Assembly: GCA_964016885.1 (NCBI GenBank) | Contig: OZ024743.1 | Coordinates: 339,946,001-340,010,000 of the forward strand | Source of the DNA: Eledone cirrhosa | Taxonomy: Eukaryota | DNA length: 64,000 nt | Reading direction: 5' to 3' | In this document: piece after piece, positions 22,616 through 36,769 of the stretch | Numbering within the stretch: position 1 is the stretch's first letter | Layout of the letters: every line of letters begins with the position of its first letter | Translations under genes and position numbers: made by a program | The notes under the pieces: generated by a model | What the model was told of the DNA's origin: nothing | Database searches by the model: none | Seen by the model: only the letters and a program-made list of their open reading frames with translations

Positions 22616-24319
22616 ATGATGCTTCAGATGGAGAAAATACTTTACAAGTGTGATATTTGTGGGAAAGAATTTTCTCATAATTATAGATTATCAAATCACA
22701 AGCGTATTCATACAGGTGAACATTTATACAATTGTGAAATCTGTGGTAAAGGATTTTCTTTCAAAAGTGCCTTAACTGATCATGTTCGTACTCACACTGG
22801 AGACAAACCATATGTTTGTGAGATCTGTGGGAGAGCATTTTCTCGTAGCAATAATTTAGCAACGCACAGCAACATACATTCTGAAGATAAGACATACCAA
22901 TGTGATATTTGTGGAAAAAAACTTTCTTGTAGACGTTCCTTAACAGAACATGTACGTACTCACACAGGAGAAAAACCATATAAGTGTGATAAATGTGAGA
23001 AGTCTTTTTCACGTAGTGGAGAATTGTCACTTCATAAACATACTCATACAGATGGAACACCATATCGCTGTAAATTTTGTGGATTAGCATTTATGCAAAA
23101 GACTTTGTTATCACATCATAAAGTTATTCACACTGGGAAAGATATATACACCTGTGAAAGTTGTGGCAAAGCTTTTTCTAGATGGGTTCCTTTTAAACGT
23201 CATAAACTTATTCACAAAGCAAAACAATACATATGTGAAGTCTGTGGAAAAGCATTTTCTTGTAAAAATATATTATCATATCACAAACGTATTCACTCTG
23301 GGGATAAAGCATATCAATGTGAAATTTGTGGGAAAACATTTTCTTTTAATTATCAGTTGTTACTTCACAAAACTGTCCACACAGGAAATCCATTCACCTG
23401 TGAGATTTGTGGGAAATCATTTTTTTCTAACAATTACCTAATGGATCATAAACGTATTCACACAGGAGAAAAACCACACCAGTGTGAAATATGTGGAAAA
23501 TCCTTTTCTTGTAAGAGTAACTTATCATTTCATAAACGTAATCATGACATAAATAAATCTTTGCAGTGTAAAATTTGTGGTAAAACATTTTCTTATGCTT
23601 ACCAATTATCAGCTCATGAATGTTCTTACACAAATGAAAAATATTCATGTGAAATTTGTGGTAAAGAATTTTTTAGTAACCATAAATTGTCAAATCATAA
23701 ACGCACTCATGTAAGTGAAAAACCATATAAATGTGACGTTTGTGAGAAAGCATTTTCTTTCAATTATAAATTAACCATTCATAAATACATTCATACAGGG
23801 GAAAAGCCATACCAGTGTGAAATTTGTGGAAAATCATTTGCTTACAATTATAAATTAACAAATCATGTACGTAGTCATACTGGAGAAAAACCATACAACT
23901 GTGATATATGTGACAAATCTTATTCCACATGCAGCCTTTTAACAGATCATAAACGTTATCACACAGGAGAAAAACCTTATACCTGTGACATTTGTGAGGA
24001 AGCATTTACTAGTAGCAAGAAATTATTGCATCATAAACATCTTCATACAGGAGAGAAACCATATCGCTGTGACCTATGTGGAAATGCATTTTCTCATCCT
24101 TCTGGGGTATCTATTCATAAACGTATTATCCATGAAGGAATAAAACCCTACCCCTGTGACACTTGTGGAGAAGCTTTTCCTACTCGTAGAAAGTTATCAC
24201 GTCATAAACGTAGTCATCCTATAAACTCATCATCATCACCATTACCATCATCATCATTACAACTAACATCATATCAATATGAAAATTGTGTTCAAACTGC
24301 AGTGAAAGTGGAACACTAA
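22616..24319 (+). CDS. C2H2 zinc-finger protein ZNF-1 (19 fingers, finger 12 degenerate, short Ser-rich tail)
   Basis: 567-aa ORF of CxxC-x12-HxxxH repeats with TGEKPY linkers; no recognisable N-terminal effector domain. Confidence 0.95.
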   Translation: MMLQMEKILYKCDICGKEFSHNYRLSNHKRIHTGEHLYNCEICGKGFSFKSALTDHVRTHTGDKPYVCEICGRAFSRSNNLATHSNIHSEDKTYQCDICGKKLSCRRSLTEHVRTHTGEKPYKCDKCEKSFSRSGELSLHKHTHTDGTPYRCKFCGLAFMQKTLLSHHKVIHTGKDIYTCESCGKAFSRWVPFKRHKLIHKAKQYICEVCGKAFSCKNILSYHKRIHSGDKAYQCEICGKTFSFNYQLLLHKTVHTGNPFTCEICGKSFFSNNYLMDHKRIHTGEKPHQCEICGKSFSCKSNLSFHKRNHDINKSLQCKICGKTFSYAYQLSAHECSYTNEKYSCEICGKEFFSNHKLSNHKRTHVSEKPYKCDVCEKAFSFNYKLTIHKYIHTGEKPYQCEICGKSFAYNYKLTNHVRSHTGEKPYNCDICDKSYSTCSLLTDHKRYHTGEKPYTCDICEEAFTSSKKLLHHKHLHTGEKPYRCDLCGNAFSHPSGVSIHKRIIHEGIKPYPCDTCGEAFPTRRKLSRHKRSHPINSSSSPLPSSSLQLTSYQYENCVQTAVKVEH

Positions 24320-24937
24320 CATTGTGGTATTTTCTTAAAACTACAATATATAAATTTTTATAGGTATATAAACGTTGTTATTATTGAGATGTTTATGTAA
24401 ATCTCCATTGATATGGTATTTAATCATTATCACCATCGTTTGATTGCAGTAGCAGACAATCACTTTCATTTTCCAACCATTACAGCTTTCATAATCAGTT
24501 GTGATCCTGTGGATGGATAATTAGCTCTGGTCATTTGTGGGATATGAATCCCTAAGCAGAATTTGAAATCAGAATGGAAAGTGCCAGAACAGATACTGTA
24601 AGGTATATCTTCTAACATTCTAACAATTCTGTCAATCCACTACTTTGGAGTAGTACTTTATTTTATAGACCCTGGAAGGATGAAAGTCAATTATGACCAT
24701 GGCAGGATTTGAACTCAGAGCAGAAAGCCAGAACAAATACCATGGTATCATGGTATTTAATACCTTATCTTACCTTCCTTCCAGCTGCTCTACTTAACAA
24801 TACACCAATGTCTTGTCACCCTATAACATTAGTAATTTACCATGTTGTTTCTTGTATTTTATATAAAGTGACAACAGTGCTGCCAAAGTATCACAGTGAT
24901 ACTTCCCTTTGATATTCACCCCAATTGTTTCTCTTAA

Positions 24938-25158
24938 CACTTTAACATTTGCATTACTCAATATATACTATTGTATTTTTGTGGTAAACACTTTATCTTA
25001 CATAATTATCTCACATAATATCAAATCTATGAGATTTTTATGTTATCTTTTTCGAGAAAAATACCATAACGTCTGTATGAACGGTCAGTTACGGCCAATT
25101 TGAACAGAAAGAGGTGAGAGAGTTCTGGCCGGATATGGCCAGTTTAAATGCTAAAGCG
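24938..25158 (-). mobile_element. piggyBac-like MITE family A
   Basis: TTAA on both sides, degenerate TIRs, same internal sequence. Confidence 0.85.
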
Positions 25159-25996
25159 TTAAGCAAAAGTGAGAAAGGCTCATAGATCCTGTAAGTTCTC
25201 TGAGACTGCTGATGTTGACATGAGGAACATGTTTAGCTCCAATCTTTTTTAGTCATTGTCTGTAGAGAAAACATTGGGTGGATGCATCAATTAGTTGCAG
25301 TTCCAGAGAAGAAGGATTGGAAAGTGGGTGACATAGAGTTACCATTATTTGAGATGCAGAGATATATGTGGAAGGGATTTCTAGTTAAAAGGGGGTGGAA
25401 AAGCAGCAACAATTCTGGCAACAATAGAAAACATGCAGCTTGGGGGTGAGTTAGCAAGTAAGGGTTTAGTTATCATAATAATGACATTTTCATGGCCTTC
25501 TAGGTTTGTGTATGTTGTAGCTCTGCAACAAAATATTGTCAGATATATATTTCCTAATAAAAATGTTAATTATTTATAGAATGTTATATTTGCTATTATT
25601 TTACACTTGTCTTATGTAAAAAAAGGTTTACAAGTTGCTGAGCATCACAAGAACAAGTAGGAGAAAGGCCATTAAGCTAGCCTCTGAGGCAGCAGAAGTA
25701 ACTTTAAGGTGGCAGAGGCTCAGAAGAGGTGAACTATCAATGGAGCAATGCTATCTGGGTGAGGGTGTCTGATATTTAAAGGACCAAAATATCTAATGAC
25801 TATGTAACACCACTGGTGAATTATCCAGGTGCATCACAAGATGATGTTTGAAGAAAATTTAAAAGTAATTTTGAAACTAAATATTTTAGTCATTTCCGAA
25901 GGTCATAGACGTCACTATGTGCCAAATATTATATGTAGATCTCATCATATCACATTGAGGAAACTGTGAGGTGTTCACAAATAGTTTATTAAAACC

Positions 25997-26403
25997 GATT
26001 AAGTACTCAGGTTTTACGCTGTAGTATTGCATAATGATCTATCAGTTATCTCCTTTTATGTAACTTAATGGGCTTGTTTACATTTCTTAGAGACTTGATA
26101 GATTTGGACATTCTCAAAGTATTATTTAACAGCGAAATAATTTCTTAATTAATATAGTTATAAATATAAACATGATTAAGTACTCAGGTTTTACGTTGTA
26201 GTATTGCATAATGATCTATCAGTTATCTCCCTTTATGTAACTTAATGGGCTTGTTTACATTTCTTAGAGACTTGATAGATTTCGAAAGTCTGATAGCAAA
26301 AAGCAAAACTGTCTGCGTGAAGACAAGATTGATTTGGACATTCTGAAAGTATTATTTAACAGCGAAATAATTTCTTAATTAATATAGTTATAAATATAAA
26401 CAT
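25997..26403 (+). repeat. Recent tandem duplication (177 bp + 230 bp)
   Basis: gattaagtactcagg...ataaatataaacat occurs twice, near identical; copy 2 carries ~53 extra bp. Confidence 0.95.
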
Positions 26404-26423
26404 GGGCATCATTGACTATAAAT

Positions 26424-29400
26424 TAGGGTTGCACCGATAATCAAATTGGCCTATTACTGATTAATCGACCATATCTTATTGGTTGATACCGATTAATAGA
26501 CTGCCGATTATCTATAATGTAATCATATATTGTAATATGTAAATACGTCTTATAATTAGCTGTAGGTAATGTATTATAATATTTCATAATTAATCACAAT
26601 TACGGAATTACTATTTGAGAGTACGTGATGACACAAATTAGGTTGATTTTATAGTAGGAGGTAATAAGAAAGTGGCTATGCTCTGAAAATGAAGAAATTT
26701 TGATGTTTTTACATTATAATTGATGAGTACTTAAATTGGATCATTACATATTTTTTCTTTGAGTAAGTGAAAATAGAAGGAATCAATATTACTGGAAAAT
26801 GTTTGAATACCTTTAAATAATCATATAATCAAAATCTTTGTAATTTTAAAGTTAATTCCTTATTAAAAGATAATTAAACACCCTTTCAGATGGATCTTGA
26901 GACCTTTAAAATACAGGGAGTTATGCTCCAAGGGCAATCATAGGTAATTTCTAGTTTTGTAGATTGTGGGAAATGTTTTTCTACATGTTGACTTTTCTGG
27001 GTGGGAAATGACAACGGACTGGGTGGAGTAGGAATTATGTTAGCTGAAAAATGGGTAGATAAGGTAATTGACGCAAATCGAGTGAATGACAGGATAATTA
27101 AAATAAGACTAGTTCTAAATAGAACTACTGTGACAATAATATCCGCTTATGCACCCCAATTTGGTCTACCTGACGTTATAAAGGACAGGTTCTATGGGTC
27201 GTTAATGCACACTACCTCCCAAATAATTGACAGCGACTACTTAATTATTACTGGCGACCAAAACGGTCACGTTGGACAACATAGTGATAGCTATGATGGA
27301 ATCTATGGAGGCTATGGGTTTGGTAATAGAAATGAGGAAGGCTTCAGAATCCTGGAATTCTGTGACGCTAATAACCTAACTATCTGTAACACAAACTTCA
27401 AAAAACGAGAAAATCACTTGATCACCTATAGATCAGGGGAACACGCCAGCCAGATAGATTATATCCTTACTAGAAGACGTGACAAAGTGTCTGTTGTAAA
27501 CACTAAATCCCTCCCCCGTAAAGAATGCACCTCCCAACATAGCCTAGTAGTTAGTGACCGCATAGTCAAGACTAGACGTACTCGACGACAGAGGAGGACT
27601 ACCTCGAGGAGAAGAATATGGAAGTTGAAGGACCCCATAGCCAATGACAAATTTAAAAGCTTATTACTTGATGCCTTTGACAATAAGGAAGAGCAATTAG
27701 AGACGTACAATATAGAGGAACAGTGGGAATTTTCTTGAAAGTGAACCTGCTGAAAGCGACGGATGAAATCTGTGGCTGGAGCAGACCTATTGACAGGAGG
27801 AGAGTAACTTGGTGGTGGAGCAGTAAGGCGGAGGAGACAATCAAGGCTAAAAAGCAGGCTTGGAAAGTATGGCAGGATGGGGGAAGTAGAGAACACTATC
27901 AAGTGGTCAGGGGAGAAGTGTACCTTGCAAAAAGGGAAGCAGAGGATAGAAAGTTCAAGCATGTTCTACAACGTGAGGTGTTCAGGATTGCTAGACAATG
28001 TATCAAGGAAAACCGTGATATTGTCGGGGAGAAGTGTGTCCGTAATGATAATGGTGTACTTGCTCTCACTGATACTGATAAGAAGGTAGCTTGGAAGTGT
28101 CACTACGAGAGACTATTAAATGAGGAGAATAAATGGGGAAAAGATAGTCTGCCCCAAATCGATCCAATAGAAGGACCAGCGGTGCAAGTTAAAGGTAGTA
28201 TAATAAGTAAGGCAATCAAAGATATGAAGACAAGCAAGGCAGCTGGGCCTTCGGAGATAGTTGCTGAGATGTTGAAAGCATCTGGAATGGTGGGACATAC
28301 TATGGTCACCCGTATAGTAAACCAAGTAATACAGAATGGGGTCATACCAAAAGACTGGCGTAGCAGCATCATCATTAACTGCTACAAGGGTAAAGGGGAT
28401 GCTCAAGATAGGGGAAACTATAGAGGCATTAAGTTAGTTGACCAGGTCATGAAGGTCACAGAAAAAAGGAAAGAAGGTCACAGGAGAAGTACCTAGCTAA
28501 AAGTAAACCCTTAGCTTTTATAGCCCTGGGGAAAGCCTTTGACAGAGTCCCCCGCTCCATTATCTGGTGGGCTCTTAGAAAACTAGATGTAGATGAATGG
28601 CTTGTGAGAGCTATACAAGCCATGTATAAAGAAACAGTCAGTAAGGTTAGAATTAACAATGAATATAGTGAAGAATTTAGTGTAAAAGTTGGTGTTCATC
28701 AAGGCTCTGTCCTTAGCCCCCTCCTATTTATTATTGCCCTTCAGGCTATAACAGAGGAGTTTAAGACCGGCTGCCCATGGGAACTCCTACATGCAGATGA
28801 TCTAACTCTCATAGCTGAATCTATGGCTGAACTAGAGAAGAAATTCCAAACATGGAAGCATGGCCTAGAATCAAAAGGCCTTAAAGTTAACTTGTCTAAG
28901 ACTAAAGTTCTAGTTTGTAGAAAGGAAAATAGGGCACAGGTGCCCTCTGGGAAATGGCCATGCTCAGTGTGTAGGAAAGGAATAGGTAGAAATTCCATTT
29001 TATGTCCCAATGCAAACTATGGGTACATAAAAGATGTAGTGGGATCAAAGGTAAATTATCTAAGAACGTAGATTTTATATGCGGCCGATGCTCAGGTGCA
29101 ATAAGTAGCCCACAGGATACTAGCTCCTTCTATTGCCCAGATCGTTCTATAGAAATGGTGGACACTTTCCGTTACCTGGATGACAAAAATCAGCAGTGGT
29201 GGAGGGTGCTCTGGAAGTACAGTAGCCAGAGTCAGAACGGGATGGAAAAAGTTCAGAGAACTTATACCGTTGTTGACCACAAAAGGTTTCTCTCTTAAAA
29301 TGAAAGGCAGATTGTATGATGTCTGTATACGAACAGCAATGCTACATGGCAGTGAGACATGGGCATTGTGTGCAGAGGACTTGCGCAGACTGGAAAGGAA

Positions 29401-30297
29401 CGAAGCATGCATGCTCCGTTGGATGTGTAATAGTAATATACTGAACGGCAAAGCATAAATGAACTAAATAAGAAATTAGGAATAAGAGGGATCAGATGCT
29501 GTTTACTTGAGAGAAGACTACGTTGGTATGGTCATGTGATGCGCATGAAAGACGACAGCTGTATAAAAAAGTGCAGGGCGATCAAAATTGATGGAAGTTA
29601 CAGAGTAGGTAGATCCAGAAAAACCTGGGACGATTTGATAAATTCCGACCTTATACACTTGCACCTCTCTAAGACAATGTCACTGGACCGAGATCTTTGG
29701 CGCCACGCAGTAATACAGAAGCCCCGCCTTGCCTATATACAAAGCGAAACCTACAGTCAGTAGGCACCTCTTAACCAAATATACACCCCAATCCACTACT
29801 CCATCCTCCTCCCACCCTCTCTCTGTAAAGTTGGTACCAGAACATCCAGTCCAAATAAATGAGAAAATGAGATCGAGATCGTGTAGGTGTCACGACAAAG
29901 AAACAAACAGTCCTCCTGTAATGTGGCCGTGTAGCTAAAACGGTAAAAAGTTCCCAGTCCACACTGTAAATGTGGTTGGTGTTAGGAAGGGCATCCAGCC
30001 ATAGAAAACCTGCCAGATACAGTCCTATATGAGCGAGACACGGTCACTCGACCAACCTTGCCTCAAATTGGGACAACTTCCGTCTAACCCATGCTAGCGT
30101 GGAAAATGGACGTTAAACGATGACGATGATGAGTCCAATGTGTTTTTAGAATTTCTCTGCCACCTATAATTTTCTTGCTCCAAAACAATAATGGCTAGCT
30201 AGCAAAACTAATTAATTAGCAAAAAAGTCGATACTGGTTAATTGACAAAATGATCGATATGGTTGATATTGATTATTTGACAATTAATCGGTGCATA
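26424..30297. mobile_element. Old hAT(Ac)-like MITE split by the RTE LINE
   Basis: Ends tagggttgcaccgat and aatcggtgcata, with subterminal ccgat/atcg repeats at both ends; TSD poor. Confidence 0.45.
26995..30132 (+). mobile_element. Near full-length RTE-like LINE (APE, RT, Cys-rich insert), frameshifted
   Basis: SAYAPQ, GDQNGHVG, QIDYIL, VGVHQGSVLSPLLF, LHADDL, LHGSETW; 3' UTR ends ggacgttaaacgatgacgatgatg. Confidence 0.95.
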
Positions 30298-30434
30298 GTA
30301 TAAGATCTTAAAATAAAATTTTTTTTTTATATCTCGTCCAATTAACTGTCTTTATTTCACATATTCCGCTCAATACACACATATGCACAAATCAACAAAA
30401 GAACCCTAATATGTATATGCACGATGAATCTGGT

Positions 30435-31480
30435 GACTTTTTTGCCCACTTATTCCTGGGAAGCTTGTGACAGCAGAGTTCTCAAGCGCACCTTCCAGTG
30501 GGTCATTCAGAAACCAAGCTCATAGATGTTATCCACCCATCTTGCTTGATGTCTTCCTCAGGGTTGCCTGCTGGTTGGTTTTGTCCCAATAAACTGTCTA
30601 GCAATTCTTTCCTCAGATATTCTCACCACTTGTCCATAGTATTGGAGTTGTGATCTCTCAATTCAGAGAAGTGGCAGCTCTGCCTGAAGCGAATCTCTGA
30701 TCTCTGACCTATGCATTTTATCAAGTAATGTTACTCCAAAGACACTTTGGAGCTACCCCATTTAGGCTGCTTGTATTTGTGATCATATTTTTGGGGTCAT
30801 TACCCAAGATTCATGACCATAGGTAAAGGTGGGCATGAATACTAAATTGAAGATAATGAATTTGGCTTTTACACCTACTTCCCTTCTGATGACCGTATAA
30901 CTGAAGTTGGGCAAGATATTTTCGCTTTGTTATTTCGAGATCTGTTGACAAGGATGTCCATAGATATTTACAGTAAGACTGACATTTTAACTTAATTAAG
31001 AAAAAAAAACCTCCCAAAACTATATTAAGTTTATATAACTTTGATTTCTAAGAAAGTTTAGTCTCCATTGGCACCCATAATCTAAAGAGTTCACAACTAC
31101 TTATTTATCAGTTAAGAATTGGATTGCAGTGTAGAGTAAGTACTAAGACAGCTCTTTGGTCGAGTATTAGTCCAGTACTAGGATCAATACTTCCTATATA
31201 TCTCTTTTTCACTTCTTCTCTATTACTCTCACTCCTTTGGAAAAGACCCTTTGGAGGAACCTCATTACCATAAGTAAGGGTTGGCACAAATACTGAATTG
31301 CAGATAGTGAGTTTGGCTTTTGCACCTACCTCCCTTCTGATTACCGAATCCTGAAGCTGGTAAATTACTGTACCAGTTCCTGCAACTCTTGCACTTAATT
31401 CAGTTTCTGGCCTTTCATTACTTGTAAACACCGCCATGAGATACATAAACTTCTCCATCTGCTTCAGTGGAACTCCACAA
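30435..31480 (-). mobile_element. Two fragments of the same RTE-like family (30435-30920, 31250-31480)
   Basis: Reverse-complement match to 16020-16350; MEKFMYL..NSVFVPTLTYGNE. Confidence 0.75.
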
Positions 31481-32469
31481 ATAACCTTATTTGTGGTGAC
31501 TCAACCCTCTACAAATACCAACCGAATTTCCCCCATAACACGTTCAGACTTAAAAAAAAAAACTACTCTTAATAAATAAATAATAATAAAAATAAATAAA
31601 AACGACTGGACTATTGATCATATGTTTGCTTCATCGGGGGGTAACCTGAGACGAAACAATATATAGCCGATAAACATAGGTTCCAGACACATGAGCTGAC
31701 GAGGGAACCTTAATCCTAACTCTAACATGTTTACACGCATTGAATCCAATGAATCTGACGATATATTTTCGTTTTCTTATTTCAAGCTCTAATGTCAAGA
31801 ATCCCCATCCACACCATATCTTTATTTAAGAGAGTAAGGTGTGATTTTAAAGATATTTTGCTGTTGTTTCTAGCACGTTGAATGACAATACAAAAGCATA
31901 CTCGTTATTTCATCACCAGTTACCTTATGGTAGTAACCAGCTGGCGGCGACAGGTATTGATAATGATACTAGATTGTGTTTTGTGTGAAAGTATGTTGTT
32001 TATGACATAAGGTAACTAAAATGTAAAATGTCACTATTATGTCAAAATTTTAACAGAAAATTGACGAAAGGTAACAAATATGGTATTTGTACAATTTCGT
32101 TCTCTTTTCATTTATATTTATCATAAACAACCATTTTCTTCATCTTTTTTGTTGTTGTAATTTCTGTTCATTATTTGTTGATTTAATGTACTAAATATTG
32201 ATCATATTTACAATGGTAGAATTGATATAACTAACTCTGTTTGATTCTTTCAAAATTAGAGAAAAGTCAATAAAATGGGAATCACAATAATGGGGATTGT
32301 AAAAACACATCTTGGCTTTCCCGAATTACCGAAATGAACAAAAGAGTGAGAAAATATAGTAAAATGTAAATGACTGGATGGGTCGGAATCTGCTTAACGT
32401 TACAGTGTCAGATTTTATAAGAGAAGAAATAAGACAGTCGCATTTATATATATTTAAAATTATCGTTAG

Positions 32470-32669
32470 TTAAGTGTGTATTTCCGGCCTGTCATTTTCC
32501 ATTGTATTCAGCTGTTGAGGGGTGGATATATATATATATACCTATGTTGGATCAGCGGTGGATGTGTGTGTGTGTATATATATAAACACGTTACTATATC
32601 AGTAGATCAGGGACATTGAAAGGATGTGGAATGGGGTTTAACGATGTAGGGTGCTTAAAGAGACGAGAG
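32470..32669 (+). promoter_or_regulatory. Candidate promoter and non-coding first exon of ZNF-2
   Basis: tgtatttccgg (compare tgtacttccgg of ZNF-1) and donor gag|gtaagt at 32670. Confidence 0.5.
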
Positions 32670-34004
32670 GTAAGTTAAGGTGTTTGCTGATTAATGTTGT
32701 AATTGCTGAGAATTTACGAATTGTTGGTGGCATCTGTATGGTTGCTCGACATGCTAAAAATAGCAACCAGATTCCCTTAGTATCACACCTTTGATAGTAT
32801 AGTCCTAGATACTTTGTATCTTAAAGATAAAGGCATGATTGTCACAACTGGAATGTCTTTGACAACAGCTGACAATAAGTTAAATAACAACAGCTGTTTA
32901 GCTGCAGGTCAGCTTTCATCCAGTAAACCAATGATCAAAGCCATGACCATCCCGTCTTATAATTAGATATAGTGCATTTAGAACTGCATTATCTAATATG
33001 TCGTAGTTTTAACACATACACGTCCATTTATTAGCTCCTTTTACCGTTATCTTATCTGTTTTAGCGGTGTGTTGTGTGACATGACTATCGACTTAGTCAT
33101 ATCAAACGTGCAGCCACAATATTTATTACGTATAATTTAACAACCTTATGTAATTGTTTTTTTCACTTTGGAAATGCATATAGAATATAATGGGACGTAA
33201 TATTTGATGCCTGGGTACTTTTTAATCGACAGTATCCGGACCGCTACTTTACAGCAGTCAGCACACCTCAGCAATAATCATTCACATTTTTATATTCATA
33301 TTTATGACTCTTTTTATTGGTTTGTTCTTTTTATTGAATAACTAAACGTGGTACATTTTCAAAGAGCAGAATGTAATATTGGTTGACCGTTTCATAGACA
33401 CTGTCAAAGTAATTATGCATAAATATAAATAATTTATATTTTAAAAAGGAGAAAAACGTGAGAGAAGACGCACATTCATTCATATACCACTTTTTAAAAA
33501 AAATTAATTACATTTTGATGATTTGGACAATTTTTAGTACAATGGAAGAATATTCGAAAACAAGAAATATGTTTTCTTGTAGTTTATCTTATACAATAGT
33601 TATTTATACTGCTATCAGTTTGATATGTAAGCTATCGGTTTGATATGAAACGGAAGGCTGCAGAGATGTTTACGAGATACGTTATAATCAACAAACTTAA
33701 TGACAGAAAGAGACAAAACAAAATTTGATTATTTTTTTAAAACTTGCCCGTGCCTTATATTGAGTGCTGCATTGCTATTTAAGTTGGGTTACCTCGACTA
33801 CTTCGCTGTTTAACTTGGCTTAATATATATATATATATAATGCTGTGCTTTGCATTTTGCTGGGGTTAACGTATTTACATTTTTTATATAGAAACATTGT
33901 TTTATTTTTCATATCTATTTTATAATGATTGTTGTTCATAATTATAATAGAAAGTGTTTTTAATTATACATAAGGTAAACATTGAAAGTGGAAAGAGAGA
34001 AATG

Positions 34005-34168
34005 CCGCATATGCTCGTGTATATGTATCTTTTTCCCACGAAAATTGCAGTGAAAAACCAGCAAGTGACTTATTTTATTGGACCTACAAAACCGCAATTC
34101 AAAATATTTGGTACATTGTAAATGATGCATGTAATATGGGGGTGCAATTTATACACGAGTATATGCAG
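34005..34168. mobile_element. Tc/mariner (pogo-like) MITE
   Basis: TIR ccgcatatgctcgtgtata / tatacacgagtatatgcag (17/19 match). Confidence 0.7.
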
Positions 34169-34349
34169 AATGTTGACTTGGCAATGTGCGTGACAGTTCT
34201 TCTTGTGGTTCCTAGTCAGTCCAGCAACATATGGTACACAGGTTGTTTTTGTTTAGCCACTGGTCAAACCCAATATAGCAGACGTATGATTAAAGGTGTT
34301 AAAACCGAGATAATCCCCGTCTATATATCTATGACTATATTATGCAATA

Positions 34350-34656
34350 GAGTGTAGCCCCTGTTATTCGAGGAATTTTCCTTAGAACCTAACTAATAAT
34401 TGTTCGTGGAAACCACCGCATATTCGCGGAATCGTAAATATCTTCCGCGATTTTTTATGCTTTTTTTGTGGCTATATATATTTTTTCACGTTTTTAAACT
34501 CTAAATTAATAACAATATACCGTATTTGCCGGATATATTTTACATTGTTTGACGTTTATAGGCATTTCTCTGGACGACCACGTCCAATATTCGCGGTTTT
34601 TATTCTTCGCGGGTGCTTTAGGAACGTAAGCCCCACGAATACCGGGGGACAACTGT
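34350..34656. mobile_element. Tigger/pogo-like MITE
   Basis: Imperfect TIR gagtgtagcccctgttattcg / cgaataccgggggacaactg, flanked by TA; internal attcgcg repeats. Confidence 0.55.
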
Positions 34657-34880
34657 ATATCCTTCCATTTTAAAGGATGTATGTATTTGGCTGGTATTTC
34701 GAGCAGGTCGAACGACTATGTTGAGACCCTCCCGTTAGCTCACAGGTGTTGTTAGTGATTTTTAATCCCAGGCACATCCCTAGGATGTAATTAAGTAGAC
34801 CTATGGTCAAATACGTTCCAGTCGTGACCACCCCATCCTTTTTAGAGCTATCTAATAATAAATTATATAATGTGTTGAAC

Positions 34881-35110
34881 GCAGGCATGACTAAATGGTT
34901 AAAGAATTTCATTTCGCAATCACAAAGTTTCGGGTTAAATTTCACTGCATAGCATCTTTGGGTGAGTGTCTTTATCATAACTTTGGATGGACCCATGCCT
35001 TGTGAGTGAAATTTGGTAGATGGAAACTGCGGAAAGCTGTCGAATAGATTGTACCTGTAATTCAAAAGTCTAGCCTGGTCACAATGATTCGACTTTGGAA
35101 TTATCAAGCT
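34881..35110 (+). mobile_element. tRNA-derived SINE family C
   Basis: gcaggcatg..tggttaaag..atgccttgtgagtgaaatttggtagatggaaactg. Other copies ~6400-6535(-), 12090-12230(-), 16410-16530(-), 38305-38465, 38885-39165, 62390-62670(-). Confidence 0.8.
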
Positions 35111-35234
35111 CAGAATGTTGACCCTTGTGTGGAATCTAGCAACAGCTGGTTATGTTCTATACTGAATACACGTCATTCAATTACATGCACCTCATTGTTA
35201 GTTCCACACTGAAATTTGTTTTCTTTAATTCCAG

Positions 35235-36514
<1,280 letters not shown>

Positions 36515-36769
36515 CAATATCACTATGAAATTTATATAAAGATATATTTTCTTTTAACTACATATTAACTATAAGGTTTTGTAGTTTACTTGTAGTATTG
36601 AAGCAGTTAAATATTGCTGTGGAAATATAAACAAAGGAGATATGATGGTTATCACCACAATGCTGATGAATTAGAAAAATTATTTCTTATTCAATGTTTC
36701 ATCCTAATTGTGTCTTCTTTATTGTTTATTTTGGATTTGGAAGGGATGTTAGAATAACATCCTAGAATT

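Noticed and set aside
22761-24005. Antisense and alternate-frame ORFs over the ZNF genes
   Set aside because: By-products of the 84-bp finger periodicity.
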